Shown one piece after another: positions 59,208-63,966 of a stretch of 63,966 bases of DNA. Origin of the DNA: Hyphochytrium catenoides (lineage: Eukaryota; Protista; Hyphochytriomycota). The position numbers and the translations under genes were made by a program. Each line of letters begins with the position of its first letter. Positions within the stretch are counted from its first letter, which is position 1. The DNA lies in NCBI GenBank assembly GCA_900088475.1, contig FLMG01000725.1, forward strand, positions 11,030-74,995, given 5' to 3'. The notes beneath the pieces were generated by a model. It was not told the DNA's origin. It saw nothing but the letters and a program-made list of their open reading frames with translations, and did not search any database.

Positions 59208-60239
59208 CTTCTTGATCTTTCTGACTTTCCAAGTTTATGATGGCTTTCCAACTCTTACCTTCCTTCTTTGGTCTAAAGCTGCGCGTGAGCCAGGAGCCTG
59301 GTTTAGCACTCTTCTCTGGGAAACCTAGATATATACCTTCTCCCCACTGCAACCAAGCTGAGCGTTCATACTTGCGGCGACTGTGAGCTCTTGACGCATA
59401 ACTCTACTGCGTACCAAGAAAGGAGGTCAATGGATCTGTCGCCCGGGAATGAATCCCTACTCTCAAGATCGCCTTCACTCGTCTCACGCAGGCGGAAAAG
59501 CCAAGTAAAGCAAGCAGCCGTCCGTGGCAGGAGCCTCCTGCCGTGGCCTAGGGGAAGACTTCGCTGGCGCTGGAAATGAACTCTCCGACAGGGCTGATGG
59601 GACGTTGCGTCTCCTCCTTTACCGTGTCGTAACCTCAGAGTGCACTCCCCTCATCCGTTACTCGACTGCGACTCTGCTTGTAAGTAGTTATCCGCATTCA
59701 CACCGCCAGGAGGAGTACTTAGAACTATAGGATGAGATCCTCACACCAAAAGCAATCTATAACCCTATCTTCCACAAGTATGTCCACGCCAAGTCGGCAC
59801 TTCCAAGTTGTACCTGCCAAATAGTACTTGGTATACCGGCCATCGAGTGAAAAGATCAGTAGCGGACAGAGACTGGGGGTTTAGGCGTTTATAATAAGAA
59901 GGCCGACCCTTGATCCTACGAGTACTTACAAGTACTTGTAGCTATAACTATCTTCCCAGAGTTCAAAGTACAATAAGAGTCCTTGCTACAGTACTGTACC
60001 TATTAATACTCAATTTAGACTTAATTAATTCCTTCTCTCTCTTGTCTCCGCGTACTTGCCCTTTATTAGTGAGTAACGGTAGTGGTAGTTTAGGTACGGT
60101 CATCTTGTACAAATTTTCTGCACCTTATTATGCGGTCGAAATACTTGTACTTGTACAACGGGACTGGTCACAACGGTCCTTTCCCAGTTATTAGATCCTC
60201 TCTTTGGATCCTCTTTAGACTATTACAGTGTACGTCCTT

Positions 60240-60790
60240 GATTGCTGCCTTTCTGTTGCTCTCTCTCTCTCCTTATTATTGCTCTTTTTCTCATCTCTCC
60301 TGCTCTATCTCTTTCTTATAATTGTCCTTTCTCTCTTTCTGTTTTCTTTCTCCTCCTCTCTCTTTGCCTCTCTCTCTTCTCTCCTTGTCTCTCAGCCTCA
60401 CCTCTCTCTCTCTTTCTGTCTCCTCTCCCGGTCTCTCTCCGNNNNNNNNNNNNNNNNNNNNNNNNNNNNNNNNNNNNNNNNNNNNNNNNNNNNNNNNNNN
60501 NNNNNNNNNNNNNNNNNNNNNNNNNNNNNNNNNNNNNNNNNNNNNNNNNNNNNNNNNNNNNNNNNNNNNNNNNNNTTACTTAGAACTATTGCTCTCTCTC
60601 TCTATTGTCTTTCTCTTATTATTCTTTCTCCTTCTCTCGCTTTGGCTCTCCCTCTCTTCTCCGCCTCTCTCAGTCTGCTTTTTCCTCTCCCTCTCTCTCT
60701 CTGTCTGTCTCCTCTCGCTGCTCTCTTTCTTTCACAAACACACACACCACACCCACACTCTTTCTCGCTGGTTCTGGGTTCTCCCTCTTT
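60240..60790. repeat. (CT)n-rich tract spanning assembly gap 60442-60575
   Basis: Directly visible. Confidence 0.9.
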
Positions 60791-62124
60791 ATAAAACAGC
60801 AACTTGAGCTTCTCTCCAAAGGCTCGACAGTTCTCCCAATGACTCCTCTTGCTTCCTCTCTAGTTCTACGGATACATAACCCCTCTCTTGGAAAAAAATA
60901 AGACGAAAGAAGAGAGAGAAAGAGATCGCAGTCAAAAGCCGGAACCGGTAGAGCTTCTCTGACAGCACTGAGTTTTATAGAGCCAGTCCCCGGTCTAATC
61001 TTTTCAATAACGGATCTCTTGACACTCTTTCTTCCTCTCCAAGATGCTTTCCCCTTGTCTATGCTGCGGTCTGTCAATCTATCTCTTCCTGCGGGACTCC
61101 TCTCGGAGTAACGTATGGCTTACAAGTGTCGCTCGCTCTTTACTCTTGTGCAGCGAAGGCTTCAAGGTCATAGTACGACTTCTGTCAAAAGAAGAGGAAG
61201 ACAAGAAGAGCAAGTCCATGTTCTTTTCTCTCCCTGGGTCATCGCCCACTCGCGGTAGTAGTGTACGGCCGAAAGCGCAAGTCAGCAAAAAGAGACGCTC
61301 GTTCTCTCAATCATTTGGAGAGAAAAAAAGGAGTGCCATTGACCAATCTCTTCACCCTCTGACCTTCAGGTCTCTAAACATTGGACCAATGCTAAACTCT
61401 TTATCTAATGATGGCGCTGACGCCTCCAATAAAGGTGAGGCGCCGGACCCGTAGCGGGAGGATTGCGAAAGGAAAAAAAGGAGAGGCTGACGCGCTAGAC
61501 GGAGTAATAAATGATTCACAGGGAAGACTGAGCATGAGTGAAGAGAGAGAGAGAAGGAGAGGGAGAAAGCCGCAGAGAGAAGAGAGGGCACCGGACAGAG
61601 AGAGAGAAAGAAAGCGAGAAGAGAGAAAGAAAAAGGAGAGCGCAAATAGCCCATAAGAAGAACGAAGTAATAAGAGCAAGAGAAGCAAGCTTAGTTCAAT
61701 GTGGCTTCTCTTCTCCGTCATGCCTAAGATTTACATTTGCAATGCTGAAGTGAGAAAGAAGAATGGGAATGGTCACTTGCGGAATGGGGCAATGGAAGAG
61801 TTCCACTTCCTCTTACGACGTTACGCTAAAAGACAAAAAAAGATGAGAGAAGCTGCTTCTGGTCGCTAGTCCAACAGGAAAATAGTTTCTCGAAGTAGAA
61901 CAGTCCAAACTTCCTCCTCGTGTTCTGGTGGTGGGAGATTCTTCAGCGACAAGATGACGACAATCGAAAGATAAAGAGAAAGGGAGAGGAAGACAACAAG
62001 CAACCAGGTGTAGAGAGAGCTCTTGACATGGAGAAGACCTCGTGGCGGTGGGGGAGGAGGAGGAACAGCAGAGTAGAAAGAGACAGAGAGAGAGAAGGCG
62101 AAAGAGAGTCTGCCGTTATGTTGG

Positions 62125-63027
62125 CTAGAACTTGTACAGTTTGATGTCCTGCTTCGTTGAACACTCCGTCGAAAGTTCAGCATTTGTTGTCCCTGGATTG
62201 CCCACCTTGAGCATGTCATGGTCTATCGGACTGGGACCAAAGAATTCCTTGGCAGGGTTCCAGGCAGATTGAAAGGCGATCGTGACTCCCAAGAGATAGT
62301 TGGTGTCGTCCTTGGAAAGAGAGGTGCAGCTGAGCTTCACATACATGCGCTCATACATTGCCTGCACTCTCTCTCGCTTTATCTCGTCCTTGTCTATAAT
62401 CTTAGCTATGGCCTCGGCGATGCTCTGTCGCAAGGTGAGAGCAGAGACCGCAGTGTTCTCTTGAAAGAGCTTAGCAAGGTTCGGCGCCAAAATCTTCTTG
62501 GCAACATTGAAAGACCACTTAAAGTATAAAACCTGAGGCATCGTGGAGCAGGATCCGTGCTTGTTCCACTCATATTCCCACGAGGAAGACTCTTCAGGCT
62601 TGCTGCTAGTACTTGGCCAGTAGATGGATGCGGTGGACGCAAAGGCAGCGTCGATGACTTCTGCTTCTCTTGTTTTATCATAGGGGTTGGCGTTCTGCTC
62701 AGTGCAGTCATGGGGATACTTCTCCTTCTTCAGGACCATCTCACTTTCACTATAAGAAGGCCACAAGCCGTGAAGCACCAGCAGTTCATTCCAGCGCTTG
62801 TCTTTTCTCACGCAATCTCCCGCCTGGTTTGTCACGTGGCAGTGCATTGGAAACCAATAGAGGGCAAGGCTGTACACAGAGAAAGGCGCGGCGGGTGGGC
62901 AATCCGTCCTTTGCTCTGTTAATAGTCTCGGTCTCTCATGCTGCAATGCTCGCCCATAGCTCGTCTGGTTGGTAAGAATGCAGCAAAGATAGAAGAGAAG
63001 AGAAGAAGAGGAGAAAGCGGAAGACAT
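62125..63027 (-). CDS. Secreted ribonuclease T2
   Basis: ATG at 63027 with a signal peptide. Motifs YSLALYWFPMHC, CAS I LVLHGLWPS and CAS II WEYEWNKHGSC. Intronless. Confidence 0.93.
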   Translation of the reverse strand: MSSAFSSSSLLFYLCCILTNQTSYGRALQHERPRLLTEQRTDCPPAAPFSVYSLALYWFPMHCHVTNQAGDCVRKDKRWNELLVLHGLWPSYSESEMVLKKEKYPHDCTEQNANPYDKTREAEVIDAAFASTASIYWPSTSSKPEESSSWEYEWNKHGSCSTMPQVLYFKWSFNVAKKILAPNLAKLFQENTAVSALTLRQSIAEAIAKIIDKDEIKRERVQAMYERMYVKLSCTSLSKDDTNYLLGVTIAFQSAWNPAKEFFGPSPIDHDMLKVGNPGTTNAELSTECSTKQDIKLYKF

Positions 63028-63721
63028 CTCTCGATGCGCGATCACCACAAGGAGGGTGACACGAAGAAGGACAGTAGAGTCCTAACACTTCTCTTTCTGT
63101 TTTGCTGGGTAGTAGTGTGGCCCGTTCCGGGTACTGTGGCAGCTGACAGTTGATAAGCTCTTCTTGTGATGATGGCTGAGGCTTGAAAGGGACAAGTTTT
63201 GATTGTGGTGGCGCTTCTTCTCCGTCGCTGTTGAACTGAGTACGATGTGGGTCAGAGATAATCTTTCCCCACTCCGTAGCCTCCTCCACTCTTTCTGGCT
63301 CTAATTATCTGGACGTGTCGAAGTAAACTATGGGTCATGGTGTTGCCGTCTTCACAACCTCTGCCGAAAGCGGGAGAGCACTTGACATGGCATGTCATTC
63401 AAGGAATAGCGATGGGCAAGAGAACCAAGGGGGCGGACAAAAGGGGAAGAAGAAGGGGAAGGTAGGGCTTTTGGTGTCCAGATCCAAATCAAAGAGAACC
63501 AAAGGACAAGGTCCGGCGTGCAAGACGTTTGATAGATATTTCCGCATAATAACAAAAAGAGCTCCTGCTGCTGCGTGGTGGTGTAGAAGATACGGGCGGG
63601 TGTTAACAGTGCTGCTTACACAGGAGAAGCCAAAGTCGTCGTCTCCTAGATCAGGAGAAAGAGCAGCCTTCTCTGGTTGACGTGGCCCCAGAGACGAGAC
63701 AGGCTGAGCGGAAAAGATACA

Positions 63722-63940
63722 TGTAATAAGTGGAGTCTCTTCTGGAAGACAAGGAAAAGTCAGACGCCATCCCTTTGAAGAAAAGTTCCAGTCAGATCGC
63801 TTCTAGGCAGACGGGACCTTCTCAACTTTTCTTTTTACTCTTCTCTTTAGTTCTGCTGTTCTCTTCTATTGCTTCTTCTCTCTCTTTTGGGGATTTTTAT
63901 TATTGCTAGCCAGTGTTACAGTGGAACGTAGTGGGCACCA
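63722..63940 (+). mobile_element. Possible 5' LTR (about 200 bp) plus degenerate primer-binding site
   Basis: TGTAA (63722)...TTACA (63920) termini, followed after 1 nt by TGGAACGTAGTGGGCA, which resembles a tRNA-Ser-type PBS (TGGCGTAGTCGGCA). The rest would lie outside the window. Confidence 0.3.
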
Positions 63941-63966
63941 CAGAATCGACTTGTGTATTCCGGTGG

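Overview
Gene-sparse eukaryotic genomic DNA with short GT-AG introns (about 70-180 nt, several with CTAAC/CTGAC branch points), long CT/AG microsatellite tracts and three N gaps. The gene content looks protist-like, probably SAR (oomycete/stramenopile- or phytomyxid-like); this is inference from protein family resemblance only. The main hidden structure is a tandem + strand cluster at about 8.8-20.1 kb of bZIP/coiled-coil proteins with a C-terminal domain that I interpret as SnoaL/NTF2-like. The ORF track splits these genes. Three can be spliced into intact genes that share an intron inside the same Trp codon and a D(P/L)RGDR motif, and one or two more copies are decayed. Only one intact copy keeps a canonical bZIP basic region. 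Other genes: two internally duplicated multi-TM proteins, an intronless bacterial-type GST, a 4-exon sigma-like GST, an HSL-family alpha/beta hydrolase, a heme-thiolate peroxidase pseudogene, a secreted protein with a PQPT stalk and four LamG-like domains, a secreted RNase T2 and two orphan ORFs. Mobile DNA: a 560-bp TA-flanked TIR element and a possible LTR plus primer-binding site at the right edge. No rRNA, complete tRNA or CRISPR array was found. All calls come from reading the sequence by eye; no searches were run.
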